DNA from: Reclinomonas americana ATCC 50394
Taxonomy: Eukaryota
DNA length: 64,000 nt
Reading direction: 5' to 3'
NCBI GenBank assembly: GCA_048213135.1
Contig: PS015187.1
Coordinates: forward strand, 124,500 to 188,499
Each line of letters opens with the position of its first letter. Positions within the stretch are counted from its first letter, which is position 1. This document shows, piece by piece, positions 12,559-30,930 of this stretch. The translations under genes and the position numbers were made by a program. Under the pieces are notes generated by a model, which searched no databases, was not told where the DNA came from, and saw only the letters and a program-made list of their open reading frames with translations.

Positions 12559-15090
12559 AGAGGACCGAGAATCAGAGTCTCCCTGTTCCTCGTCTTCTAT
12601 GCATCATTTGCCCCTGCTGTCTCTCTTCTCTTCCTCTCTTTTCTCTTCTCCTTGCCACCCTCCTCACTCTTCTATGCTCTCTCCTCTCTCTTCTCCATCA
12701 TCTCCCTTCCCTCCCTTTCCTCCTGTCTCCTCCTCTCTCTTCTCCTCTCCTCTTCCTCTCCTCCCTCTCCTCTTTCTCCTCCCTCTCCTCTTTCTCCTCC
12801 CTCTCCTCCTCTCCTCTCCTCCCTCTCCTCTCCTCTCCTCTCCTCTCTTCCCTCTCCTCCTCTCTCTCCTCCTCTCCTCTCCTCCCCTCTCCTCTCCTCT
12901 CCTCTCCTCTCCTCNNNNNNNNNNNNNNNNNNNNTCCTCTCCTCTCCTCTCCTCTCCTCTCCTCTCCTCTCCTCTCCTCTCCTCTCCTCTCCTCTCCTCT
13001 CCTCTCCTCCCTTTCCTCTCCTCTCCTCCTCCTCTCCTCTCTCCTCCCTCTCTCCTCCACCCTTCCCCTTACCACCCCGCCAGGGAAAGCACCTGCCTCA
13101 TCTGCGTGATCGGCCTCACCCTCGTCGACAACGGCATCAAGAACGAGGACGAGTCGATCACCAGCATTGTCGCCAAGGCGTGCGCGATTGTTGCGTCTTT
13201 TGCCCCTCATCCCGCCAATCTCTTTCCACCTCTTCACCCACTCCTTCCCTCTCGCAGCTGCCGGGCAAGGGCGACGCCATTTGCCACAAGATCATCTCGG
13301 TGATCGGACCGGAGGCGCTGCGCCAGCTCCTGAAGGTCTACAGCCCCAACCGCGTGTGCTCCGATTTCGGTTTCTGCAAGACGTGCCACCTGGCGCCGGT
13401 GAGCATGCACAGTTGTGGAAAGAAAAAAAAAACATTCGTTGCTAAATATTCATCTCCTTTCGCAGGCCCGCTTCTCGGCCGACAAGGAGGCTCCTGGCCA
13501 GAACGATGCTCGCATTGTTGCCGGCTTCCTCGCTCTCGCGCTGCGCCACAATGGCGTCTCGAGCGCCTTTTCGACGCAGAAGCCGTGGGTGGATTTGGAC
13601 AAGGATGGGTGAGTAGTCGGAGAAGATCTATCATTTCCTCCCTTGTCCCCTCACGCCCTCCTCACGCCAGCTACTCGCCCCTCGACCTGCACCGCGGCGC
13701 CCACTGGCGCGCTCGCGACTGCGACGACATCAACCGCGGCATGCACCCCCTGGCCCCGGTCTCGGCCGACGGCGATCGCCACCACGACCACAACTGCAAC
13801 GGCATCCACGGCGCCGGCAAGCTCGGCCTCGCGTACGAGTCGGCGTACTGCGATCGCAGCAACATGCGCGCCATTGCCGTGTTTGGTGATTCGGCGTCGT
13901 CGGGGTGCGTGGAGGGAAAGGGGGGAAAGGAGAAGGGGAAGGATGAGAGAAGAAAGAGGGAGAGAGGATGGCGAGAGAAAGAGAGAGGGAGAGAGACGGC
14001 GAGAGGGGAGAAGAGAATAGGGGGCAGAAATACGGCGTTCACAGACACGAGAAGTTGGGAAGTGAAGTGACGGTGCTGGATGGAGAGAGAGAGAGAGAGA
14101 GAGCGTGAGAGAGCGTGAGAGAATGAGAGAGAATGAGAGCGACTGAGAGACTGAGAAAGACGGAGAGAGTGGGGGAGTGAGAGAGCATCTCACTCCGTGA
14201 TGACAGCTTACTTTCCAATCATCCCCTTTTACTTATCCATTCCTTGCCCTCAGCTTCCACATTCCTGTCGAGTGGATTCAGCTGCGCAACCTGCACACGC
14301 TGATCGAGAGCGCGCTTGACGAGTTCGACGTGCCGCAGCGCAGCTGGGACACCGGTTTTGAGAGCGACATTGACGGCGAGTCGATCTACCTGCACAACCT
14401 GGAGCGCGATCTGTGCAACCACCGTCAGTTTGCCAACCTCGGTGAGTATGCTCACGTGCTGTGATCGCAGTGTGGCGCACACACACTCACTGTGTGCTGT
14501 CGCAGGCCAAAATGGCGCCGAGATGAAGGACTTGGTGGATCAGGTGTGTGTTGTTGAAGTGATTGCTTGCTGTGGAGTCTTGAGTTGACTCTTCTTGATG
14601 TGCAGGTCAAGCTGCTGAACTCTTCGGCATTGTACGCCCCGCTGCTGGCGTTTGTCTGTTGCGTGATTATTGTGGCTTGAAAGTGTATTTTGAAGCGAGG
14701 TTGTGATAGTCGATGTGCAGCGTTCAGCGGCAACGATGTGTGCCAGGATTCGCTCGACTTGATGACCACCCCGCAGGTGAGAGAGGGAGGAGAAGAGGAA
14801 GGGGGTAAAAGGAGGAGAGAGGAAAGGAAGGGGGAGAAGAGAGAAAAGAGAAGAAAAGGGGGAGAAAAGGAAACGGGAGAAAGGATGGGAGAAAACAAAC
14901 ATGCTCGTATCCTGGGTTGCTGTGNNNNNNNNNNNNNNNNNNNNNNNNNNNNNNNNNNNNNNNNNNNNNNNNNNNNCGTCGTCGTCGTCCGTCCGTCGTC
15001 GTCGTCGTCGTCGTCGTCCTCCGTCGTCGTCGTCGTCGTCGTCGTCCTCCGTCGTCGTCGTCGTCGTCGTCGTCCTCCGTCGTCGTCGTC

Positions 15091-15148
<58 letters not shown>

Positions 15149-17177
15149 TCTGGCCTCTCACTTTTATGCCTTGCAGGACTTCCGCGCCCAGCTCATGGCC
15201 GGTCTCACCCTGCTCGACTCGTTCGCGCCGGCTGGCTCCAAGGGTGACTCTTCTGTTCCAGAAATTCCCCCTCGCACATTTTCGCCACTCATGCCGTTTG
15301 TTCGCTCCGCAGTGGTGCTGGTCTCCCCGGTCGACGGCCGCATCCTGTACGACACGATGCACAATCGCGAGCACCCGCTCGGATCGACCTACACCGAGTT
15401 CTACAACTTCCTGTCGTGCACAGGCGCCAATCCGTGCTGGACGTGGTTGAACTCGGACGAGGCGGTGCGCAATGCCACGACGGCGCGCGCCATTGAGCTC
15501 GGCGACGTGCTGGAGGAGGTTGCTGCCACGGAGCAGCACGCGTTCAAGAACCTCGAGTTGGCATACAAGGAGGTATGTGATTGAGGGAGGAGGGGATGAC
15601 ACCAACAACTGGATTGCTGAATCAGGAATTCTGTGCAGTTCCCGCTGGACGAGGCGATTGCGTTGTTGGAGGAGGAGAAGAAGGACCCGTCGGTGTTGAT
15701 TGAGCCGGTGGATGGGTGAGTGGGGGAGAGGAGAAGGGGAACGGGAACGGGAAAGGGGAAGGAAGAAAAGGAGGAGAAGTGGTAAGTGGGAAAGGGGGAA
15801 AGAGAAAGGGAAAGGTGAAGGAAGAGAAGGAGGAGAAGGGGGAGAAGGGAGAAGGGAAAAGTGGGAAAGGAGAAAATAGGAAAGGGGAAGGGGAGAGAAG
15901 GTAACAAGAGAAGTGAAATTATGAGAAGGGAAGAGGAGAGGGGATTAGAAGAGAATAGAGGTGGTGAGACATGGAGTGAGAGACTTGGAGTGAGAGATTT
16001 GAGTGGAGAGCCTTGGGGGAAGACTTAGTCTGCGAGTTTGCAAGACGCTAAGGCCTTAGAGTTTGATAATCTGAGTGAGAGGCTGGGAGCGAGAAACTGT
16101 GAGCGAGAGAGTTTGCGTAGGAGACGTTGGGAGCGAGAGACATTGAGTGGGAGACGAAGCTCGAAAGATTTGGATGGAGGAACTTTATTAGAAGCGTGGA
16201 GTTGATGAGACTGAAGATGAGGGACATAGAGTTCAGCCTTGCAGTCAGAGAGTTTGAGTGGGAGACTTGGAAGCGAGAGGCGTTGAGGGAGAGACATGGC
16301 GTGCAAGATTTGGAGTGAGCGACTTTGAGAGAAGTGTTTGAGTGCGAGCCTTGGAATGAGGAACTCTGAGTGAGATGCTGCGGAGAGACTTGCAGCGGGA
16401 GATCTGAAGTGAGACGATTAGTAGGGGCTTGCAGATGAGAGAGTTGGGGTGAGTGAGAGACACGGGGTGCAAGATGTGGATGGAAGGGCATTGGTAGAGA
16501 AGCGTTGGTTGAGTGAAAGTGAGAGGCTGCGGAGAGACTTGCAGTGAGAGACTTGCAGTGGGAGATTCGAATTGAGTGTGGAGGGCTTGACATTGGAGAC
16601 GTGAGAGACACGGCGTGAAGGATGTGAATGCAGAGACGTTGATTGTGAAGCGTGAGTGGAAGATAGGTTGAATGAAAAAATGAGGCCTTGGTATGGGAGA
16701 CTTGGAAGTGAGAAACATGGAGTGGGAGATTGTGCGAGGAGAGGCGATTGTGTGAGAGACTTTGATTAGTGAGAGACTTTGAGTGAAGAATTATGGAGTG
16801 GGAGACTCGAGTGGGAGAGATTACATGAAACTTAAGCGTTACTTTTGAGTGAGATAATTGGAGCTCCTGAAATTCGATGTGAGGCCCTGAGAGTGAGCGA
16901 CCACACTTGTCCTCCATTCTCATCGACTCCCTCTCCCATTCCTCCTGCAGCTTCCACCCATCGCCCTACGCCCACCGCCTGGTGGCGCAACTCCGTTGCG
17001 TACACTCGCTTCGCATCGCCCATTCCCCACCTTCCTCGCCACTCACTCCCTCACTCACTCACTCCCTCGCACGCAGTGTGGAGCCACATGTCGGCCCAGA
17101 TTCCGTCCTTCCTCAGTCAGTCGAACCCCCACAACAACCAGATTCGCGACAAGTTTGGCGACCAGGGCGGCTACTGA
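11661..17177 (+). CDS. AOAH: Acyloxyacyl hydrolase (signal peptide, saposin-like domain, SGNH/GDSL lipase); 14 exons
   Basis: Signal MRASFVLLIAVLAIAILASCVA; saposin Cys pattern CLICVIG..C..LP..C..VCSDFGFC; PWVDLDKDGYS, RGAHWRARDCDD, DHNCNGIHG, FGDSASSGFHIP, GNDVC, EPVDGFHPS, C-terminal NPHNNQIRDKFGDQGGY*. Confidence 0.95.
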
Positions 17178-17339
17178 GCTTAGCTCGGCATTTTGTTTGT
17201 TTTGTTGTTTTGCTTTTTTTGTATGTCAGTGCATCGCCACGCGCCACACCACTCACTCGCACGCGCGTGTGCATTCAATGGAAGTTCACCTGATGCATGG
17301 ATACCAAAAAAGACATCCTCCGTTTTCACTCTCTTGCTT

Positions 17340-24330
<6,991 letters not shown>

Positions 24331-24940
24331 TGTTGTGAGGTGAGTGTATGAGTGATTGATTGATTGGGTGGAGTGATGGACGACAGATGTTCCGCAGGTG
24401 TGTGTCATGTGTGGTGTGTGTGACGCCTTATCTCATACTCCTGGCAGTTCATTTCTCTCCATGCACGATTCGGCTCACTCCCTCTCACTTCACAACACCT
24501 CGCACGTATCGTGCAGAGGAGTGCAGGTGAAGCGTAAGATGCAGCGACCAGGGAGTCANNNNNNNNNNNNNNNNNNNNNNNNNNNNNNNNNNNNNNNNNN
24601 NNNNNNNNNNNNNNNNNNNNNNNNNNNNNNNNNNNNNNNNNNNNNNNNNNNNNNNNNNNNNNNNNNNNNNNNNNNNNNNNNNNNNNNNNNNNNNNNNNNN
24701 NNNNNNNNNNNNNNNNNNNNNNNNNNNNNNNNNNNNNNNNNNNNNNNNNNNNNNNNNNNNNNNNNNNNNNNNNNNNNNNNNNNNNNNNNNNNNNNNNNNN
24801 NNNNNNNNNNNNNNNNNNNNNNNNNNNNNNNNNNNNNNNNNNNNNNNNNNNNNNNNNNNNNNNNNNNNGGATGCATGTCGTTGCAGGAGCCTGTTGGTGT
24901 TGGTATCAGGTGCGTCAGACAAGAGGCACTCTGCGTTGCT

Positions 24941-24988
<48 letters not shown>

Positions 24989-25283
24989 GATGTGGGTGCA
25001 AAGTGAGAGACGTCCCTCGTTGGTGCATTCTCATGCTCTCTTCCAGTTCTCCCATCTGCCTTCCTTCCCCCTCGCTCCAGCCTTGTCCGCCATTCGTGCC
25101 AACTGCATCGTCAACGACGTCTCCGTGATCATCGCCTCGTCCTCAGTGGCGGCGGCTGCGGGGTCTCACGTCCTGCTGAGGCGCAGCCAGCCCCCAACTA
25201 TCTGGCGCCAGCTGTTCCCATCCAACACTCGGCGACGGTGGCGACACCAGCAGCATGCTGCGGCAGCTCCGGCTGTTCCTCGC

Positions 25284-27410
25284 ATGTCGCCGCTCCAGCT
25301 GAAGATGAACACTCTCCACGAGGCCACCACCATGAAGGCCGTGCTCCCGCTGCCCAACGATCCGAACAACCTCTCCACCCTGGAGTGCCTCGTTTCGTTG
25401 ATGTTGTTGGGGAATGAGAAATGTGGCGAATCCCAGGTGCCGATTTTAGGTATGATGTGGACGGGGGCGGATTTGCGAGGGGTGAATGTGTGCCTGGCCT
25501 ACGGGAGAGAGGCAGATTTCAGAGGAGCGGATGTTACGGGTGTGAAGTGGCCGAGCAAGCCGATGGAGGGACACACGAGAACGGTGCATGCAGTGGCTGT
25601 CACTCCCGACGGGCAGTATGCGGTGAGTGGGAGCTCTGACTGTACGTTGCGTGTGTGGTCACTGGCGACTGGAAAAGAGATGCAACGATTGTTGGGCCAC
25701 TATCACTATGTACACGCCGTTGCTGTCACTCCCGACGGCAAGCACATTGTTAGTGGAAGTGAAGACACCACTGTGCGAGTGTGGTCGTTGGCGACTGGAG
25801 AAGAGGTGCGACTGTTTGCCGGGCACGCTCAATATGTGTTCTGTGTTGCCGTCTTTCCTGACGGTCGGCTCGTTGCCAGTGGAGGTACCGACAGTACAGT
25901 ACGAGTGTGGTCACTGGCTGATGGAGAAGAGGTGCGACAGTTCGTGGGGGACGACGGCTGGATGATGTGTGTCGCTGTCACTCCCGACGGACAACACATC
26001 GTCAGTGGGAGCTTGGAGGGCACAATACGAGTGTGGTCTCTGGCGAGTGGGGATGAAGTGCATCGCCTGATGGGGAACGCAGGTGCTGTGCGGTCAGTCG
26101 CCGTGACCCCCGATGGTCAGTGCATTGTGAGTGGCGGCAATGACGGCGGGACCGTGCGGGTATGGTCGATGGTCAGTAGAGAGGAGGTGCGAACGCTCGA
26201 GGGACACGCTGACGCGGTGTCGTCCGTCGCCGTTACTCCGGATGGTCAGTACGTTGTGAGTGGGAGTGAAGACAGCACAATACGGATGTGGTCACTGGGA
26301 AGCGGTGAAGAGGTGCGCCGGTTGGAGGGGCATACGGATACGGTGTCATCTGTCATTTGCACTCCCGACGGTCAGCGAATAGTGAGTGGCAGTAGAGACG
26401 AGAGTGTCCGATTGTGGTCCATGGCAGGTGGAGAAGAGGTGCGACGATTGGAGGGGCACACCGACGTCGTGCAGTCCGTTGCCATCAGTAGCGATGGCCG
26501 CTATATTGCGAGTGGAAGCATGGACCACTCTACCCGAGTGTGGTCAGTGGCTAGTGGGGAAGAGGTGCGACGATTGGAGGGCCACGAGAGCGAGGTGCGG
26601 TCGGTTGCCATCACTCCCAATGGCCTGCACATTGTGAGCGGGAGCGGATCAGAAGGCGAAGACGGCATTGTGCGACTGTGGTCGGTGGCGAGTGGAGAAG
26701 AGGTTCTGCAGTTGGAGGGACATGAGGACTTGGTTAGCACACTCGCCGTCACCCCCGATGGCCAGTTCATTGTCAGCGGGAGTGCAGATGGCACTGTGCG
26801 AGTGTGGTCGCTGTCGAGTGGAGAGGAGGTGCGAACGCTTAAGGGACACACATACTTTGTGACCTCCGTCGTGATCTCTGCTGACGGTGAGCACATTGTG
26901 AGCGGCGCTAGAGATGGAACCGTGCGTGTGTGGTCTGTGGCGGGAGGCGAAGTGCAATGCATCAACTACGATGACAGCGTGTGGTCTGTCGCCGTCGCTC
27001 CCGACGGTCAGCAAATTGTCAGTGGAAGTGAGGACTGCATGATCTGTGTGTGGTCGCTGGCGAGTGGCGAGCGGGAACAAGAGCTGGAGGGTCACACTGA
27101 GCCGGTGATTGCACTTACCGTGACACCCGATGGGCATCATCTAGTGAGCGGCAGTGCGGATATGACGGTGAGCGTGTGGTCGCTGGCGAGTGGCGAGGAG
27201 GTGCAGACATTGGAGGGACACACGGGTCTTGTGATGTCAGTCGTCGTTACGCCGGATGGGCGGCACATTGTTAGTGCGGGTGAGGAAAACACGATTCGGT
27301 TGTGGTCGATGGCGCAGGAGGAGGAGCTCGAGGGGTGGGAGGGGGTGTTGTTGCATCGTGTTTTAGGTTCTTTTTTGCCTGATTTTACTGGTGCGGTGTT
27401 TGAGGAATGA
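25284..27410 (+). CDS. WD40 protein with 14 repeats (probably two 7-bladed propellers) preceded by a pentapeptide-like repeat; true start uncertain (possible acceptor at 25079-25080)
   Basis: Uninterrupted ORF; GADLRGVNV..ADFRGADVTGVKW followed by 14 x GH..V.SVAVTPDG..IVSGS.D.TVRVWS.ASGEEVR.LE. Confidence 0.92.
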   Translation: MSPLQLKMNTLHEATTMKAVLPLPNDPNNLSTLECLVSLMLLGNEKCGESQVPILGMMWTGADLRGVNVCLAYGREADFRGADVTGVKWPSKPMEGHTRTVHAVAVTPDGQYAVSGSSDCTLRVWSLATGKEMQRLLGHYHYVHAVAVTPDGKHIVSGSEDTTVRVWSLATGEEVRLFAGHAQYVFCVAVFPDGRLVASGGTDSTVRVWSLADGEEVRQFVGDDGWMMCVAVTPDGQHIVSGSLEGTIRVWSLASGDEVHRLMGNAGAVRSVAVTPDGQCIVSGGNDGGTVRVWSMVSREEVRTLEGHADAVSSVAVTPDGQYVVSGSEDSTIRMWSLGSGEEVRRLEGHTDTVSSVICTPDGQRIVSGSRDESVRLWSMAGGEEVRRLEGHTDVVQSVAISSDGRYIASGSMDHSTRVWSVASGEEVRRLEGHESEVRSVAITPNGLHIVSGSGSEGEDGIVRLWSVASGEEVLQLEGHEDLVSTLAVTPDGQFIVSGSADGTVRVWSLSSGEEVRTLKGHTYFVTSVVISADGEHIVSGARDGTVRVWSVAGGEVQCINYDDSVWSVAVAPDGQQIVSGSEDCMICVWSLASGEREQELEGHTEPVIALTVTPDGHHLVSGSADMTVSVWSLASGEEVQTLEGHTGLVMSVVVTPDGRHIVSAGEENTIRLWSMAQEEELEGWEGVLLHRVLGSFLPDFTGAVFEE

Positions 27411-28102
27411 ATGAAAGGANNNNNNNNNNNNNNNNNNNNNNNNNNNNNNNNNNNNNNNNNNNNNNNNNNNNNNNNNNNNNNNNNNNNNNNNNNNNNNNNN
27501 NNNNNNNNNNNNNNNNNNNNNNNNNNNNNNNNNNNNNNNNNNNNNNNNNNNNNNNNNNNNNNNNNNNNNNNNNNNNNNNNNNNNNNNNNNNNNNNNNNNN
27601 NNNNNNNNNNNNNNNNNNNNNNNNNNNNNNNNNNNNNNNNNNNNNNNNNNNNNNNNNNNNNNNNNNNNNNNNNNNNNNNNNNNNNNNNNNNNNNNNNNNN
27701 NNNNNNNNNNNNNNNNNNNNNNNNNNNNNNNNNNNNNNNNNNNNNNNNNNNNNNNNNNNNNNNNNNNNNNNNNNNNNNNNNNNNNNNNNNNNNNNNNNNN
27801 NNNNNNNNNNNNNNNNNNNNNNNNNNNNNNNNNNNNNNNNNNNNNNNNNNNNNNNNNNNNNNNNNNNNNNNNNNNNNNNNNNNNNNNNNNNNNNNNNNNN
27901 NNNNNNNNNNNNNNNNNNNNNNNNNNNNNNNNNNNNNNNNNNNNNNNNNNNNNNNNNNNNNNNNNNNNNNNNNNNNNNNNNNNNNNNNNNNNNNNNNNNN
28001 NNNNNNNNNNNNNNNNNNNNNNNNNNNNNNNNNNNNNNNNNNNNNNNNNNNNNNNNNNNNNNNNNNNNNNNNNNNNNNNNNNNNNNNNNNNNNNNNNGCA
28101 AC

Positions 28103-28218
28103 ATGGCGTGGCCATTGCCGCACGGCACCACCATCGGCCTGTGCTCTTCCGTGTTGAATGAATCATAGCAGATGGGGCATCGAATGGCCTCTTCCAAGGC
28201 GCCCGCGCGGTCTCCCAT
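28103..28218 (-). CDS. First exon of a RING-finger protein (truncated by assembly gap)
   Basis: MGDRAGALEEAIRCPICYDSFNTEEHRPMVVPCGNGHA then AT|GTTGC donor running into Ns. Confidence 0.7.
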
Positions 28219-28545
28219 CTCTCCGTCGTCTCTGTGCAGAGAAGAATGTCCTGCTGACAACTTCGCGACGTCCGTCTTCCTTACCGCCACCGCTATGGCC
28301 GCCGAGTCGCTGTACGTCGTCGCATACTACGAGAGCGCCCACCCACTCCGTCGTGCACATGGGCGCTTCTTCCTCGCCACCCTCATCGTCGTGCAATGTT
28401 TTACTCCGATGCACCACCGCAAGAGCCCTTGGCGGCTGGCGAGGCCGCTGTGCGTGCTGTGGCTCCAGTGACGGCGATGGGTGAGCGAAGATGAGAGAGC
28501 GGAGAGAATGGGATGCGATATTCGAAATGCATGTGAGAGAGAGAC

Positions 28546-28625
<80 letters not shown>

Positions 28626-28645
28626 GACGACGACGACGACGACGA

Positions 28646-28690
<45 letters not shown>

Positions 28691-28802
28691 NNNNNNNNNN
28701 NNNNNNNNNNAGAGAGAAAGGAAGATAGAAAGAGAATGTGTGTGTGTGTGGTGGTGTGAAAGAGACAGGAAAGATCATGTAAGTTTGAGTGCGCGCGTGA
28801 AT

Positions 28803-28839
<37 letters not shown>

Positions 28840-28966
28840 TGAGCAAGAGCAGTGAGGGAATGAGAGAATGAGAGAAGGGTACCATATGCATGAGTAGAGA
28901 TCAAAGCCTGAAGGAATGGCTTTCCACAGATTGCATAAATAATTGTAAACACACACCACGCACACA

Positions 28967-29030
<64 letters not shown>

Positions 29031-29348
29031 GCGCGCACACGCATACAAATGTTCTCCATATTCTGTTTACCCATCTTTTCCCGCACTCAAATATCTCTCT
29101 CTCTCTCTCATTTTCTCTCTCTGTCACTTCTCTCTGTCACTTCTCTCTCTTTCTCTTTCTCTCTCTCTCTCTCACATGCACGCTCACACTCAGTCTCTCC
29201 CACTTCATGGATGTCCCTCCGTGTACATCATTTCGCTCGATCTGCGTGCAAGTCCTGATTCATCTTTTGATGGTTCTCAATGCTTACATTTCTCACTCTT
29301 CCCACAACTCTCATTCACATTCTTGTTTCTACTGCTCTCTTTGCGCAG

Positions 29349-30873
29349 CCACCCAAATGTAATTGGTGTTTATGGTGTTGTACCCGATGCTCCCGATGGG
29401 CCAGGCTACTTGATGGACTTTAGCGACGGCGGCTCATTGTCGGATTTGCTCTTTGTTCGCTGTGAAAATCTCACCAATGTGGAGGTGAGCCCCGCTCTGG
29501 TGACATGCCCTCGCTTTCATGGGTGTGAATTCTCATTGACATCCCGTTCCGCAGCGTCTTGATTTGTGCATCGAGGTCATGCGAGGCCTGGTAAACTTGC
29601 ATCGCCATCGCATCGCTCACCGCGATCTCAAGCCAGAGAATGTCCTGCTGGACGCGCATCGCGCCCCTCGTCTTGCCGATTTTGGTCTTGCTGACACCGC
29701 GTCGACTGCAACTCGACTGACTGGTGCTGTCGGAACTCCAATGTGTGTATTGTTAAGTTGGGATACATGTCTTGATGCTTTTCTGACTTCTTGGCTTGGT
29801 AGGTACATGGCGCCAGAGGTTATGAACGCGGAGGTGAGAAAATTCGTACTCGTATTATCTGCTTTCCCGACTTGATTTCAGTGCATCTGTAGCCGTATGA
29901 CCTGTCATGCGACATTCACTCCATGGCGATGATCATTTGGGTTATTTTTGCGAATGAGCTGCCTTTTGCTGGACTCGCACCGCTGCAGGTAACTTTCACA
30001 GTTCTCTTTAACCGCGGTCGTTTATTGACGAAGCGTTAGATGGCGCGGCGTATTGATCGTGGAGAGCGTCCGCCCGTAACATCGATTCCTGCGGAGCTTC
30101 GTGACATCGTTGCTCGCTGCTGGGTGTGTAGCACGAGTTGCCCTCTTCCAGCTGTCAGATTATTCATTCGTGCTCTGTCGCCTCAGGCACCGACGCCGGC
30201 GGATCGTCCGTCAAGTGTCGATTTGCTTGCTGGCCTGCTGCAGGTCCGACAGCTGTGGGTGCAACCTGCTGTGGAGGACGGGGATCGTGGTCGCGAAAAT
30301 GCAGGTTCGCGGATGCGTGCGCAAGATTTGGCCGCTGCTATGGAGCAACAACTGCGCGTGCAAGAAGAAGCTGCCGCCAGTGCAGCGAGGCTTCGTCAAC
30401 ATGAGGAGCAGCTCCAACTCCGTGAGCAACAGTTCCAACAACAGCTAATTGCAGAAGAGCAGCGCCGCCAACAGGAAGCGGATGCCCTACGCCGACGGGA
30501 GGAAGAGCTGCGACGCCGAGAACAGCAGGTAGCCGCTGCTGAACAGGCGAGGCTCGCTCAGCAGGAAGCGGATGCGCTTCGACAACGGCAGGAAGCAGAA
30601 GCGCTTCGGCGTAGAGAGGAAGCCGCTGCACGTGCGGAAGAGGAGCGCTGGCAGCGAGAAGCAGAGGCCACACGCCAGCGACAGGTGCAAGAGGCCGCTG
30701 CTCGTGCGGAAGAACAACGCCGCCAGCAGGAAAAAGTTGCCCGTCATCCGGTCTGTGCTGTCTGCGCTTTTGTTCAATCTGTTGATACAGTATTACTCAT
30801 GTGCGGATCACAGTTGTGCAAGAGATGCGGCCAGCCAGCGGTTCCAGGTCAGAAATGCATGCACCACACAGGA
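29349..30873 (+). CDS. TKL-like protein kinase (5' partial, from subdomain IV) plus Q/E/R-rich coiled coil and Cys/His motif
   Basis: HPNVIGVYG, LMDFSDGGSL, HRDLKPEN, DFG, GTPMYMAPE, RGERP, ARCWAPTPADRPS, then a coiled coil and CKRCGQ..CMHHTG. Confidence 0.85.
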
Positions 30874-30930
30874 GTTGCGTTATGCGCATCTTTCAATTTC
30901 CCTGTTGGGCNNNNNNNNNNNNNNNNNNNN

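Noticed and set aside
14977-15092. (CGT)n tract, also (GAC)n at 28623-28690, as poly-Asp/Arg coding
   Set aside because: Intronic, merges with (CT)n/(GA)n beside gaps; microsatellite or sequencing artefact.
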